From a virus, in the IMG/VR virus record IMGVR_UViG_3300032299_001203, positions 40,087-104,086 of that record: DNA of 64,000 nucleotides, one strand, 5' to 3'. Below, one piece after another: positions 12,201-20,798 of the stretch; positions within the stretch are counted from its first letter, which is position 1, and the number at the start of each line of letters is the position of its first letter. Made by a program: the position numbers and the translations under genes. Below the pieces are notes generated by a model. It worked only from the letters and a program-made list of their open reading frames with translations. It was not told where the DNA came from and searched no databases.

Positions 12201-12446
12201 ATGACGTTAATTAACAATAGTGATTCATTATATTCTCAAACACGAGATGACACATATGAATTTGTTGCTGCACCAGGAACATTGGGTAAATCACAAAATT
12301 ATGTTTCATATACTAGTGACGTAACAAATCAAACTTACAACAACTTTAGCCAATTTGCTATTAAGGTTGTTCTATCAACATCAGATAACACTTTTGTTCC
12401 TTACCTTTCGGACATTCGTGCTATCGCTCTACCATCGGCGGTTTAA
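6201..12446 (+). CDS. Large baseplate/virion structural protein, VrlC/DUF4815-like (2081 aa)
   Basis: NFNVEPYYDDFD..YHRILFKPG.SVQARELTQSQTILQNQI, APGADR, RFKNGILVDDFS, WDPVAQTF, C-terminal FAIKVVL..P..DIRAIAL; follows gp8 as in T4-like cyano/pelagiphages. Confidence 0.85.
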   Translation: MALNFNVEPYYDDFDVTKNYHRILFKPGYSVQARELTQSQTILQNQITSFADAIFAQNTPVSGGKVTVNQNVHFLKLNAITPSGLTTIAASFENGTIYSQDGSIVAKVVAFAEATSTSIGVDGDPPTLMVTYITGNKFNSGDTIYLNGSNYIATVITSSVGNEATGKGSIASISRGIFYVKGNFVTASEDTVILSKYNENPSLRVGLNATETIIDSNDDTTLLDPALGATNYQAPGADRYLISLSLETRPLTLGDDDNFIELVRLAEGSIQKQVDGTVYSVIDDYFAKRTNDTNGDFIVNDYTLTPKANTINSSKYDIGISKGVSYVRGYRLENQSPVSLINDRARTQDSVLNNPTFIDYGNYFFVNSSNGVFDVTTLPPVDFHTVDKTSISLTNENSYNSTRAATGYIRNMIYSSTSNTANGSAYIYKAYVFGIQNQTLTANVAAGSANNSYITLPSTNQFSNVANAYYNVTVSIDKGTSAGDFRVITSYDAASKIAYVDRPFTVAPTTSSQFTLRFDVTDIETIIKATPGISYNITANATIDTSSKQTNDVLADTVLQNPNAPELLFNLGNQYVSYANNTSYLTTQVFRNVAFGISGGNIVATLTFGSAPVSTLSFLGSGTLSADAVSQNFQIIVTNPGSNAGLRAGQTLPWNILSRTCSITGAGSTATFTTPSSDLTSFTATIIAKSFVKAGNDTSYIIKAKNLVTGNTTGVNLSGTNVNSYSYVDTNQGQVYITWQGLVNPGSPQKLYITDVKRIVKIIDTKSQATFPTDAMLSDPSYDITNRFTFDNGQRDSHYDFATITLGVGQPAIKGNLLVVLDYYATTGGDGYYSVMSYLAPISSSPEDYAEIPSYTSSTGNPYQLKDCLDFRPSLINAQPDFTIRASASGSGALGAYIPVDLSIFESNYGYYLSRKDKLVLTKDRSFEIIQGTPSSNPIAPGEPDGALVIANLTHDPYTAYIPGEVTGELPNLSIERVKHKRWQMRDISDLESRVNNIEYYTALNTLEKGAASLQIADGNGLNRFKNGILVDDFSSYAASDISNNDYLVSINRRTKQMTAAQVVKNFPLQSLSLVYNMGQLDSTSANNLGYKITTAGKSNFFMLAYTTANVITQQIASRTVNLNPFAVSLNSGIMDLTPPMDNWVDTEKAPDLLIVDPNLQVYRASDQVNVLQVGDWKTTVATTTDNVIAAGRNWRVNQVTTYTEQQQKTVLGNYDKLSSSYLETSGYITDVSILPYIRQQFLQFNTYGMLVNTDVSVYFDGVLVDKYIRKPNIIELTNVSGSFVDGDVIGLFAGGNFTPYAKIVSYYVNPQNSNVRLYVVTLEGITFNSGVTLQNAKFNTSGQYQSSTASGRIASYTGVSGRLRSANSTTSIQLSVASSNTDIYTGQTLYVISGSGAGQSSVISAYNTTTKTATLTTGVGAAANDIYSIGKLTTNEVGMLSGIFALPGATFKTGQRTFRVDNRIAGNIGSETTFSEATFHASGLQTTKQGVNYASSIDSAKNTFTQTQTKTNVSSYNYTTVWDPVAQTFIIDKDNYPNGCFLDSIKVFFATKPSTGYAPVTISIVGTVNGYPGGETLDHSQVTLTAEHIKTSNDPHYLNPNTYTVFKFPTPVYLEPNKLYAFILKCPTSNEYTIYTAQNGDTAISSSVKNLPTDPTPATTTKINSAPYVGSLFVSQNSQTWTADQNESMMFVVERCVFDVGSQPQIQFVVPNKLPNRKIVGQEIEYYLNANSISNTITSFENTDVSVDAFNISTTDFIPGTTSLGYQYASTVKSSYAGAPTVSVTPGKFGTPTYDDIYLNDGLGQRVLNANSNTSFSLFATMTSVNDAVSPVISDDGLSVYSITWNINNLGLSNNIITIVSGGTGYNAQTVSVTVNSTDGYGSGATAVANVVGGIIDSVRITNPGSGYITTPTMTITDDSTRSGNANASVILAGETSKSGGNALARYFTKKVVLNQGFDSGDLRVYFTAYRPVNTNIYVYYKILSRNDTQKFEEGTWQLMTLINNSDSLYSQTRDDTYEFVAAPGTLGKSQNYVSYTSDVTNQTYNNFSQFAIKVVLSTSDNTFVPYLSDIRAIALPSAV

Positions 12447-12447
12447 T

Positions 12448-12666
12448 ATGTTAGTTAAAGTAACTGGTACAACATTCGTAAGAGATACTAAAACAATGGC
12501 TCTAATCAATCAAGATACAGCTGGTTTGGATGATTACAACTTTAAAAAACAATTAATGGGAAGCCAAAAAGAAGAAATAAATAAAATTAAAAATGAAATC
12601 AACGAAGTAAGAGATGATATTAAAGTCATCAAAAATATGTTGATTCAGTTATCTTCCAGGAAATAA
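12448..12666 (+). CDS. Conserved small coiled-coil virion protein (72 aa; true start 12448)
   Basis: MLVKVTGTTFVRDTKTMALIN...EEINKIKNEINEVRDDIKVIKNMLIQL; ATG 1 nt after VrlC stop; such a gene commonly follows vrlC. Confidence 0.75.
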   Translation: MLVKVTGTTFVRDTKTMALINQDTAGLDDYNFKKQLMGSQKEEINKIKNEINEVRDDIKVIKNMLIQLSSRK

Positions 12667-12668
12667 TA

Positions 12669-14870
12669 ATGGCTAATACCGTATCAGTTTTAAACTTTAC
12701 AAATACCTTTGGTGACCTTCTGGCTCAACAAAATATTATTGCAAAAGAATTAAACAATCTTGGTGCCAATAATTATACAAAAGATAGTGGAACATTATTT
12801 GTTAGTGGTATTGGTACAGGACTATCTGTAACAAACACAGCGGCTCTTGGTGCCGCAGTTGTTTCCACAACTTTATCCGTTGGTGGTGATTCAACTTTAC
12901 TTGCAAACGTTTATTTGGATGCTCCTGGTTTTACATTACAAGTTGCAAACAATGCAATTATACACAAACAAATAATTACTGATAATATTACAGCTAACAC
13001 ACTAGTAAGGTCATCAACTCTTAATATTTCAGATGTTGCACGAGTTAACAATTTGACAAGCAACAACGTAGTTTTAACTCCAACATTAAACACCACAGGT
13101 TCTGCTTGGGTTAATAATTTAAGAGCCAATTCTGGTGTATCGGCACCATTCATGATTGCTACAACAAGAGGTATTTTTGAGGACATTACTGCAAATAATC
13201 AAATTACCACAACATTTTTAAATGTAACCACTAATGTCACATCGGACTTAAATGTAACCACCGATGTTCGTGGTAGAGATTTTTTTGGTAGAGTCGGAAC
13301 ATTTGATAGTTTTGTTGCTGGATCAATGACCGTAGCTGGAAATTTTGTAGTTAGTTCACCAACCATTTATTCTTCTAACACCTTTGTGTTAAATGCTAGT
13401 GCTGGTGCAGGTCAAACAAGCACATTAGGTGTTGATCGAGGTATTAGTGGTGCAAATGCTTCTTTTAGATGGAATGAATCATTAAGATATTGGGAAACAC
13501 TTGACGTTCAAAATGGTGAACACTTTAGAGTATTGACCAATATGCATTTAAGTAATTCAACGATGTTGAATAATTCTTTAAATGTGGCAACATCAGCAGC
13601 TGTGTTTGATTTACAAGCACAAGTACGAGCAAATACAAATACATTTACATCAAATGTAAATTTTTTAACAACCACTCTGGCGGCCGCAAATCTTTATTCT
13701 CATACATCATTTGGTCGAGCCAATACATCAGCAAACGTATTTACGGGCACGGACGGTTTTTCTGCCAATGCCACCGACGGAAGAATGTCATTTGATAGTA
13801 ATAATGGTGTTGTAATTTCAGCAACAGGAAATACATTATTTGTAAATACTCCACAAGATTTAACCACCTTATCCAATCCAACATTTAACAGTATTTACAG
13901 TTTAGGTAATCCACTTTCAGTAGAAAATGGTGGTATAGGTGCATCTGAAAAAGTTCAAGGTTTAATTAACTTATTACCATCTACTATTGATGTAGCAAAC
14001 GGATCTATATTGGCCGCTAACGCCAACACAATATATTGGACAACTCGTGGACCATTTTTTGCCAATAACTTAACATTTACACCATTTGGTAGTATTACTC
14101 AGAATACTATTCAATTGGCAGTACAAGACCTCGAAACAAGAAAAGCAACTATTGCTAGTCCGACATTGACAGGAACTCCTGCTGCACCAACTGCAACCAC
14201 CAATACAAATACAACACAAATTGCCACTACTGCTTTTGTTAATACATCAATTGATTCAGTATTAAATTCTACAACCACCAAAAATATTAGTATCAGCGGT
14301 AATGCCGGCACAGTTACAAATGGTGTATATACCAATCAATCGTATTCCGATCCATCATTTATTGCATCTTTGGCTTCAACGAAAGTAACAGGTTCAATAC
14401 CTGGTTCTCAAATTAGTGGTGCCATATCAGGAACAGCCGCAGGCGTAACTGGATTTACAATTAATCAAAGTGTTGGTACCGGTGATAATACAAGATTTAA
14501 TTCTCTTGGTGTTGGCACAGCCGCTTCTGGTACTGCAGGTGAAATTCGAGCAACTAATAACATCACTGCTTATTATTCAGACGACAGATTAAAAACACGT
14601 TTGGGTACCATTGAAAATGCTTTAGATAAATTGATGACTTTAAGTGGTTTTTATCACGAAGCCAATGAAACCGCTCAAAAATTAGGGTATACACCAATAA
14701 GAGAGGTTGGTCTTTCAGCTCAAGAAGTTCAAAGAATTATGCCCGAAGTAGTTGCACCAGCACCAATTGATGACAAATATTTAACTATTCGTTATGAAAG
14801 ATTGATTCCTTTGTTGGTTGAAGCAATAAAAGAATTAAAAGCCGAAGTGGATTTGTTAAAATCCAAATAA
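12669..14870 (+). CDS. Tail fibre/spike with C-terminal intramolecular chaperone (peptidase S74 domain)
   Basis: N-terminal TNTFGD anchor; SPTLTGTPAAPTA..NTTQIATTAFV fibre motif; C-terminal YYSDDRLK...VGLSAQEVQ..PEVV..YERLIPLLVEAIKEL. Confidence 0.85.
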   Translation: MANTVSVLNFTNTFGDLLAQQNIIAKELNNLGANNYTKDSGTLFVSGIGTGLSVTNTAALGAAVVSTTLSVGGDSTLLANVYLDAPGFTLQVANNAIIHKQIITDNITANTLVRSSTLNISDVARVNNLTSNNVVLTPTLNTTGSAWVNNLRANSGVSAPFMIATTRGIFEDITANNQITTTFLNVTTNVTSDLNVTTDVRGRDFFGRVGTFDSFVAGSMTVAGNFVVSSPTIYSSNTFVLNASAGAGQTSTLGVDRGISGANASFRWNESLRYWETLDVQNGEHFRVLTNMHLSNSTMLNNSLNVATSAAVFDLQAQVRANTNTFTSNVNFLTTTLAAANLYSHTSFGRANTSANVFTGTDGFSANATDGRMSFDSNNGVVISATGNTLFVNTPQDLTTLSNPTFNSIYSLGNPLSVENGGIGASEKVQGLINLLPSTIDVANGSILAANANTIYWTTRGPFFANNLTFTPFGSITQNTIQLAVQDLETRKATIASPTLTGTPAAPTATTNTNTTQIATTAFVNTSIDSVLNSTTTKNISISGNAGTVTNGVYTNQSYSDPSFIASLASTKVTGSIPGSQISGAISGTAAGVTGFTINQSVGTGDNTRFNSLGVGTAASGTAGEIRATNNITAYYSDDRLKTRLGTIENALDKLMTLSGFYHEANETAQKLGYTPIREVGLSAQEVQRIMPEVVAPAPIDDKYLTIRYERLIPLLVEAIKELKAEVDLLKSK

Positions 14871-14900
14871 AATTAAAACTAAATACCAATAGGATAAAGA

Positions 14901-15242
14901 ATGCCGGCCGGTTACCAAGATTTATTTTTAGAACAAGGCACAACCTTTTCAACAACCATTACCTTAGATGATGTTGATGGTGTGGCTTATGATTTGACTG
15001 GCATGCAGGCCAAAGGACAAATAAGAAGGTCTTATTATTCTGCTAATGCCACAGCCACTTTTATTGTGTCGATTCCTAGCCCAACAGAAGGTGGTATTAT
15101 TTTGAATCTGGCTGCAAATACGACAGCAAATATTGCAGCAGGTAGATATGTATATGATGTGGCAATTAAAGATTCATCTAACATAATCACTAGAGTTTTA
15201 GAAGGTACTGTTAGTGTTCTTCCACAAGTAACTAGGTTTTAA
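14901..15242 (+). CDS. Small beta-sandwich fibre adaptor/structural protein (113 aa)
   Basis: LxLEQGTTF...DLTG..AKGQIRRSY...GRYVYDV...RVLEGTVSV.PQVTR pattern common in T4-like fibre regions. Confidence 0.7.
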   Translation: MPAGYQDLFLEQGTTFSTTITLDDVDGVAYDLTGMQAKGQIRRSYYSANATATFIVSIPSPTEGGIILNLAANTTANIAAGRYVYDVAIKDSSNIITRVLEGTVSVLPQVTRF

Positions 15243-15244
15243 AA

Positions 15245-15469
15245 ATGCCAGGACAAGTAATAGGCACAGTCAATGTGCAAGTTAATACTCAGAAAGCCAG
15301 TGCGGTCAGGTCGATTACCTATGGTGCCAGAACATTAAAAAGTGCCACAGATTTATCAATGACTGGTGCAGAAGATGGAGAAGTTGTGGTTTATGATGGA
15401 GCTACAAATTCGTTTAAAGTGGCTCCTGTATCTGCCACAGCAACTAGTTTGGATGCCGGAGAGTTCTGA
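15245..15469 (+). CDS. Small fibre-associated protein ending LDAGEF
   Basis: 74 aa; LKSATDL..GAEDGEVVVYDG motif; TGATG overlap with next gene. Confidence 0.65.
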   Translation: MPGQVIGTVNVQVNTQKASAVRSITYGARTLKSATDLSMTGAEDGEVVVYDGATNSFKVAPVSATATSLDAGEF

Positions 15470-15705
15470 TGGCCAATACGACCATACAGATACTTCGTTC
15501 ATATGCAAACACAAGGCCGTCAAATCTAGATGATGGTGAATTGGCGTACTCTTTTGTATCCAATACATTTTTTATTGGTGATAGAAATGGTAAAATAATT
15601 ACGGTTGGTGGTTTAACCACTACGGAAAATGCAGCAAATACAGTAGTTCTTAGGGATGCAAATGGTAATATTAATGTTGCAACCATAGACGGTGGAAATT
15701 TCTAA
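15469..15705 (+). CDS. Small Mtd_N-like fibre adaptor ending IDGGNF
   Basis: IQILRS..RPSNLDDGELAYS..FFIG; ANTVVLRDANG motif; paralogous to N-terminus of next gene. Confidence 0.7.
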   Translation: MANTTIQILRSYANTRPSNLDDGELAYSFVSNTFFIGDRNGKIITVGGLTTTENAANTVVLRDANGNINVATIDGGNF

Positions 15706-15746
15706 ATAGTAGTAGTGGACAACTAGCCTAATAATAAGGAAAAAAA

Positions 15747-17720
15747 ATGGCAAATACAAATATTTTAATCAAACGTTCATCGAGCACAGGACGCCCAAGT
15801 TCGCTCGCTGCTGGTGAATTAGCGTACTCGTATCAATCAAACACATTATTCTTAGGTACTGCCGCAGGTAATGGTGCTATCAACGTTGGTGGTATATACT
15901 ACACCCAAGCCATTGATAATGCCACTGCTGCTGCAACTCCAGATACCATTGTTAAACGAGATGCCACAGGCAACGCTTCGTTTAATTTCATTACTGCCAA
16001 CATTATTGGTACTATTCAAGGTACTGCAAATGCTGCTGTACAATTACAAAACTCTAGAGATTTCGCTATTTCTGGTGGTGACATTACTGCTAGTGCTGTA
16101 GGTTTTAATGGTACAGGTAACGTAACACTAAATGCTTCACTTAATGCTATTCCCGGTTTATCTGCTGGATCATACGGTTCTTCGACTGCAATTCCAGTTG
16201 TTACTGTTGCCGCTAATGGTCGTATTACTTCAATTAGCACATCTTCAATTTCTACTGAGTTTACTTTAAATGGTGATTCTGGTACTACAACCATTTCTGG
16301 TGGTGATACACTTACTCTTACTGGTGGTGCTGGTATTACAAGTAATGTTTCCGGTGATACAGTCACTTTTGATGTAGATAATACAGTTGTTCGTTCAAAT
16401 ACAGCAATCACAAGTCAGACTATTGATGGCAACATTACAATTTCTGGTAACTTAACAGTTCAAGGCTCACACACAACAGTTAACACATCCACATTGAATG
16501 TTGTTGATCCATTAATTATCTTAGCTTCAAATAACACATCTGATGCAGTTGATATTGGTTTTGCTGCTCATTACAATGATGGTTCTACAAACAGACATAC
16601 CGGTTTCTTCCGTGATGCTGGTACAAAAGAATACCACGTATTTGATAACTACACTCCTGAATTGGTTGGTAATAGCATTGATGTTGCTAATGCATCTTTT
16701 AGACATGCAAACGTTAATGCATCAGTAGTTAAAGGTAATTTGATTGCCACAACAGCCGTATCTGATGGTTTTTATGGTAATACAGGCGCTGTATTGAATT
16801 TGTATCCAAATCAAGCATATGCCGCATCAGGTAACCAATATATTGTTGTTGATCCAACTGCACCAAATCATATTCATCTTCGTGCTGGTGGTACAATTGA
16901 TGCTTCTACTGCTGAATTGTATTTGGGTGGTGAACAAACTAATGTTAATGTAAGTGACACTACAAAAGAAGTATACATTCGTGCAAACAATGCTCATGTA
17001 ACAACATTTGCTAACAATGGTACATTAATTGTTTCTAATAAAGTTATTGCTAATGGTCTCAATCTAAACGACCACTCACAAGCTGCATTTGATAAGGCCA
17101 ATTCTTCTGTAACATCTACAACATCATTAACATTAGGTCAGTTAGTTATTGGCACTGGTAGTAATACTGTTGCAACATTGGCAAATTCAACATATGTGTT
17201 AACCGGTTCTTTATCTGCTTCTAAAACAATCACATCACTCACAGTTGATGCTTATGGTCGTGTAACTGCTGCCACTGGTGCTGATATTGCAATCGATACT
17301 TCTGCAATTACTTCTGGCACATTGAGTGTTGAAAGAGGCGGTACAGGTCAATCTTCATTTACAACAGGTGCAATTCTTGTTGGTAATGGTTCAGGTGGTT
17401 TACAGACTCTTGCTAATTCAACATTCACAGCAACGGGTTCTGGTGCTTCGAACAACACAATATCTTCAGTAACCGTTGATTCGTATGGCCGTTTAACAGC
17501 TACAACGTTCTCGGCAATTTCTGGTTTAACTGTTGGTCAAGGTGGTACAGGTCGTTCAACATTTACCACAAACGGTATTATATATGGTAATTCCACAGAC
17601 GGTCAATTGGTAACTGCTGCCGCAGGTACCGCTGATCAGACATGGAGTAATCAAATTCTTACTGTTACGAATGCTGGTGTTCCAGTTTGGACTAGGTCTT
17701 TAGATGGCGGCACATTCTAA
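15747..17720 (+). CDS. Long tail-fibre-like protein (657 aa), Mtd_N-like N-terminus, ends LDGGTF
   Basis: ILIKRSS..RPSSLAAGELAYSY; repeated TVDxYGRxT and GGTGxSxFT fibre motifs; SD AAGGA upstream. Confidence 0.75.
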   Translation: MANTNILIKRSSSTGRPSSLAAGELAYSYQSNTLFLGTAAGNGAINVGGIYYTQAIDNATAAATPDTIVKRDATGNASFNFITANIIGTIQGTANAAVQLQNSRDFAISGGDITASAVGFNGTGNVTLNASLNAIPGLSAGSYGSSTAIPVVTVAANGRITSISTSSISTEFTLNGDSGTTTISGGDTLTLTGGAGITSNVSGDTVTFDVDNTVVRSNTAITSQTIDGNITISGNLTVQGSHTTVNTSTLNVVDPLIILASNNTSDAVDIGFAAHYNDGSTNRHTGFFRDAGTKEYHVFDNYTPELVGNSIDVANASFRHANVNASVVKGNLIATTAVSDGFYGNTGAVLNLYPNQAYAASGNQYIVVDPTAPNHIHLRAGGTIDASTAELYLGGEQTNVNVSDTTKEVYIRANNAHVTTFANNGTLIVSNKVIANGLNLNDHSQAAFDKANSSVTSTTSLTLGQLVIGTGSNTVATLANSTYVLTGSLSASKTITSLTVDAYGRVTAATGADIAIDTSAITSGTLSVERGGTGQSSFTTGAILVGNGSGGLQTLANSTFTATGSGASNNTISSVTVDSYGRLTATTFSAISGLTVGQGGTGRSTFTTNGIIYGNSTDGQLVTAAAGTADQTWSNQILTVTNAGVPVWTRSLDGGTF

Positions 17721-17752
17721 AGTAGTTTTATAATCTATATTATTTTTTATGT

Positions 17753-17770
17753 GGCCACTTTCGGGTGGCC
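17753..17770 (+). promoter_or_regulatory. GC-rich hairpin with UUCG tetraloop upstream of coiled-coil gene
   Basis: GGCCAC-T-TTCG-G-GTGGCC; no U-tract on either strand; TATAAT at 17729-17734 upstream, AGGAG SD downstream. Confidence 0.6.
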
Positions 17771-17790
17771 CAACAATTTAGGAGTTTGAA

Positions 17791-18474
17791 ATGGGAAATG
17801 AAAAGTTTGTTAATTATTATATTGAAAATTTAATTGCCACGATGAATGATTGTTTGATAAGAAACATATCATTACAAGTAAACGAAAGAATTAGTAAAGA
17901 AGCAATTGAAGATCAATCTAAAGCAATTGAAGATTTACAAAATACTATTGAATCTTTAAAAAAAGAAAATCATTTTTTACAAGATAATAGACAGGTTTCT
18001 GACCAAGAAAAATATCAAAATTTAGAAAATAGTATTAAAGAGCATTTAAATACCATTAGAGGTTTAAATGAACGAATTGCTGAAGCCGACAAACTTAAAA
18101 ATGAATATGAAAATGTAAAACATCAGGTTCAACATGTTGATACATTTAGAAATGAATTGATTAAAACTCAAAAAGAATTGGAAGAAGTTAAATCACAAAA
18201 TGTTAGTCAACAAAGTTTGAATGACCAAGTTAATAGACTACAAGCTGAACTCACCAATTCACAAAATATTATCATTCAAAAAAATGGTATTATTGAGAAA
18301 ATTAATATTGATAGAGATAAAACAATTGCTGAACTATCAGAAAAAATTGAATATTTACAATTAACTCCTGCCAAGCGAAAAAAAATTGATGAAGAAAGAG
18401 CCAAAGAAATAGAAGCTCCTGCTTCAGATTTATTTGTTTCCGATACATTAGATAGGGACGGCGGAAGTTTTTAA
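17791..18474 (+). CDS. Charged coiled-coil protein ending DGGSF (227 aa)
   Basis: E/K/Q/N-rich heptad pattern, unlike the T/N/G-rich neighbours; strong SD. Confidence 0.7.
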   Translation: MGNEKFVNYYIENLIATMNDCLIRNISLQVNERISKEAIEDQSKAIEDLQNTIESLKKENHFLQDNRQVSDQEKYQNLENSIKEHLNTIRGLNERIAEADKLKNEYENVKHQVQHVDTFRNELIKTQKELEEVKSQNVSQQSLNDQVNRLQAELTNSQNIIIQKNGIIEKINIDRDKTIAELSEKIEYLQLTPAKRKKIDEERAKEIEAPASDLFVSDTLDRDGGSF

Positions 18475-18478
18475 GTAA

Positions 18479-19141
18479 ATGGCAATTGCAAACACGACTG
18501 TAAAGTTAAAAAATTCAGGTGTAGCAAATAATGTACCATCATCACTATTATTTGGTGAGTTGGCGATCAATTACGCCGATGGAAAATTATTTTATAAAAA
18601 CGCCAACAATTCAATTGTAGCATTTACTTCTGGTGCAAATGCTTCCAATACATCATCATTTGCAACTGTTAATGCAAATTCATCTTTAGTTCTTGCTACA
18701 TCCTCTACAGACACATTAAATTTAGCGGCCGCAAATGGTATTAGTATTACAACTAATACAATCACCAAAACAATTACATTTGGTGATGCAGCCACTCAAC
18801 AATTAGCTCAAGCAGCTTTTGATGCCGCAAATAATGCTTCTAGTGGAGGTGGCGGAGTATTAACTTCTACGGTCAATACTTTTTTAGGTAATGGTTCAAA
18901 TAGATTTTTTAATTTAACGGTAACACCTACAGATATTAATTATACAACTTTAGTAATTGGTGGTGTTTCACAACCTAGAAGTTATTATACGGTTGCTGGT
19001 TCTTTATTAACAACCAGTTCAGCACCAGCAAACAACATTATTGTTGAAGTAACCACGGTAGGCACATCCAATACAACACTATATACCATTAATTACACAA
19101 CAAATAATATTCTTAGTCCATTTTTATTAATGGGCGCTTAA
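18479..19141 (+). CDS. Fibre adaptor, Mtd_N-like N-terminus, ends SPFLLMGA
   Basis: VKLKNSG...PSSLLFGELAINYADGKLFYK; FLGNGSNRFFNL...IGGVSQP..Y small beta domain. Confidence 0.7.
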   Translation: MAIANTTVKLKNSGVANNVPSSLLFGELAINYADGKLFYKNANNSIVAFTSGANASNTSSFATVNANSSLVLATSSTDTLNLAAANGISITTNTITKTITFGDAATQQLAQAAFDAANNASSGGGGVLTSTVNTFLGNGSNRFFNLTVTPTDINYTTLVIGGVSQPRSYYTVAGSLLTTSSAPANNIIVEVTTVGTSNTTLYTINYTTNNILSPFLLMGA

Positions 19142-19151
19142 AGGAAAAAAT

Positions 19152-19481
19152 ATGGGGATAGTTTATAAAGTACTAGGACAATCCAATCCAACGGCAAATA
19201 CTGCTGGAACATTGTATACTGTGCCTGGAGGAACTAGTGCAGTAATTAGTACTGTTACTGTATGTAATCAATCAGCTACACCTGCATGGTTTAATCTTGC
19301 GGTTCAACCAGCTGGTGCACCATTGGCAGCCAAACATTATGTGAATTTCAATACTCCAGTTCCTGGAAATGATACAGTTTCTTTAACACTTGGTATTACT
19401 TTGGGTAATACTGACATCTTATCTTGTAATGCCAATACTAGCACCGTAAGCTTTAATGTATTTGGCAGCGAGATAAGTTAA
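19152..19481 (+). CDS. ~110-aa beta-sandwich adaptor protein
   Basis: YKVLGQSNP...LYTVP..TSAVISTVTVCN...LGITL..TDIL...SFNVFGSEIS. Confidence 0.7.
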   Translation: MGIVYKVLGQSNPTANTAGTLYTVPGGTSAVISTVTVCNQSATPAWFNLAVQPAGAPLAAKHYVNFNTPVPGNDTVSLTLGITLGNTDILSCNANTSTVSFNVFGSEIS

Positions 19482-20761
19482 TGGCAATCACAACAGCAAG
19501 TCAAGCTCAACTAGGACAAGCTACTGCCAAGAATAGTCAAGTAGTTACTACTGCGGTAAAACTGATTAATTCTGGTGGTGGAGCAGCTGCTGGTCCTAAT
19601 ATTACATCTATTATCGTAACAGATAGTGGATATAATAATTTGGATGATACGGCTGCTGCAACAAGTAATTCGTATATTAAAATTCTTGGCACAGGTTTTC
19701 AATCAACTGCCAATGTGTTTCTTAATGGTACGATGGTACTAAAAGCCAATGTTACATTTGTAAGTTCTACTGAATTGCGGGCTGTATTGCCTGTTTCTAA
19801 TACAGGCAACTATGCGGTATCAGTTTATAATTCTAATTCAGCGGGTGCATTGTATTCAAGTTCATTTGTTATTTCTACAATGCCACAATGGCTGACATCA
19901 GCAACTTTAGCTAATGTAACCAGTAATACAGTATTTTCTGAAACATTATCTGCTACTTCCGATTCATCTGTTACATATGCCAACACCACTATATTACCAA
20001 CCGGATTTAATTTATTAGCCAATGGATATTATTTTGGTAATATATCAGTTGGTGCAACCACAACATACTCATTTGATGTTAAAGCTACTGACGCTCAAAA
20101 TCAAGATTCGACCAGAACATTTAGTTTAACAACAATCACAGTAAATCCTTATGGTGATTTTGGATTTTCTTTAGAAGGTGGAACTTTAACAAATATAGGA
20201 TCAGGTTCAAATGCGATGAATAATAATGGAGCATCCGTTTCAACCGCTCAAGCTGCTCAAGGATCCTACTCATTATATTTTAATGGATCCGCTTCAGTTG
20301 ATATAAATTCAACCAATTCTAGTACTTGGTCATTTTTAAGTTCTTCACCATTAGGAACAAATACTTTAGGTACAATTGAATTTTATATTTACCCACAAAC
20401 GGCACCCCCCAGAGGAGTAATGGTAGGGAGTTATCGTTCCTCACAAGAAAAAGGATGGACGATTGACTATGATCAGTTTGGTAATTTATTTTTTGCAAGA
20501 GATTCCAGTGGCCCAGGCACATATGCGGTTGGTTTGTCATTTAATACTTGGACAAAACTAGGATTTGTTTTTAGAACTGATGGTAATCACCAAATAGAAA
20601 TTTATAAAAATGGAACATATCACGGCACGTATAATTATGGTTCTGCCGCCACCTTTAGTGAAGCAAATATGAGAATTGGCCGAAGAGGTGACAACTCTTT
20701 AGGAACAGTTGGTTATATTGACGACTTTAAAATATGGCTAGGTACCAGAGGCCCCTACTAA
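19481..20761 (+). CDS. Putative receptor-binding protein: IPT/TIG + Ig-like + LamG/concanavalin-like domain
   Basis: ILGTGF..VFLNG..VTFVSSTELRAVLP (IPT); PQWLT..LSATSD..YSFDVKATD (Ig-like); SLYFNG..TIEFYIYP..IYKNG..GYIDDFKI (LamG). Confidence 0.75.
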   Translation: MAITTASQAQLGQATAKNSQVVTTAVKLINSGGGAAAGPNITSIIVTDSGYNNLDDTAAATSNSYIKILGTGFQSTANVFLNGTMVLKANVTFVSSTELRAVLPVSNTGNYAVSVYNSNSAGALYSSSFVISTMPQWLTSATLANVTSNTVFSETLSATSDSSVTYANTTILPTGFNLLANGYYFGNISVGATTTYSFDVKATDAQNQDSTRTFSLTTITVNPYGDFGFSLEGGTLTNIGSGSNAMNNNGASVSTAQAAQGSYSLYFNGSASVDINSTNSSTWSFLSSSPLGTNTLGTIEFYIYPQTAPPRGVMVGSYRSSQEKGWTIDYDQFGNLFFARDSSGPGTYAVGLSFNTWTKLGFVFRTDGNHQIEIYKNGTYHGTYNYGSAATFSEANMRIGRRGDNSLGTVGYIDDFKIWLGTRGPY

Positions 20762-20798
20762 TATTAATAAATAATAGAATAAGAATAAAAGTTTATAA

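Noticed and set aside
17753-17770. Hairpin as an intrinsic terminator
   Set aside because: No U-tract follows it on either strand; kept as a regulatory hairpin instead
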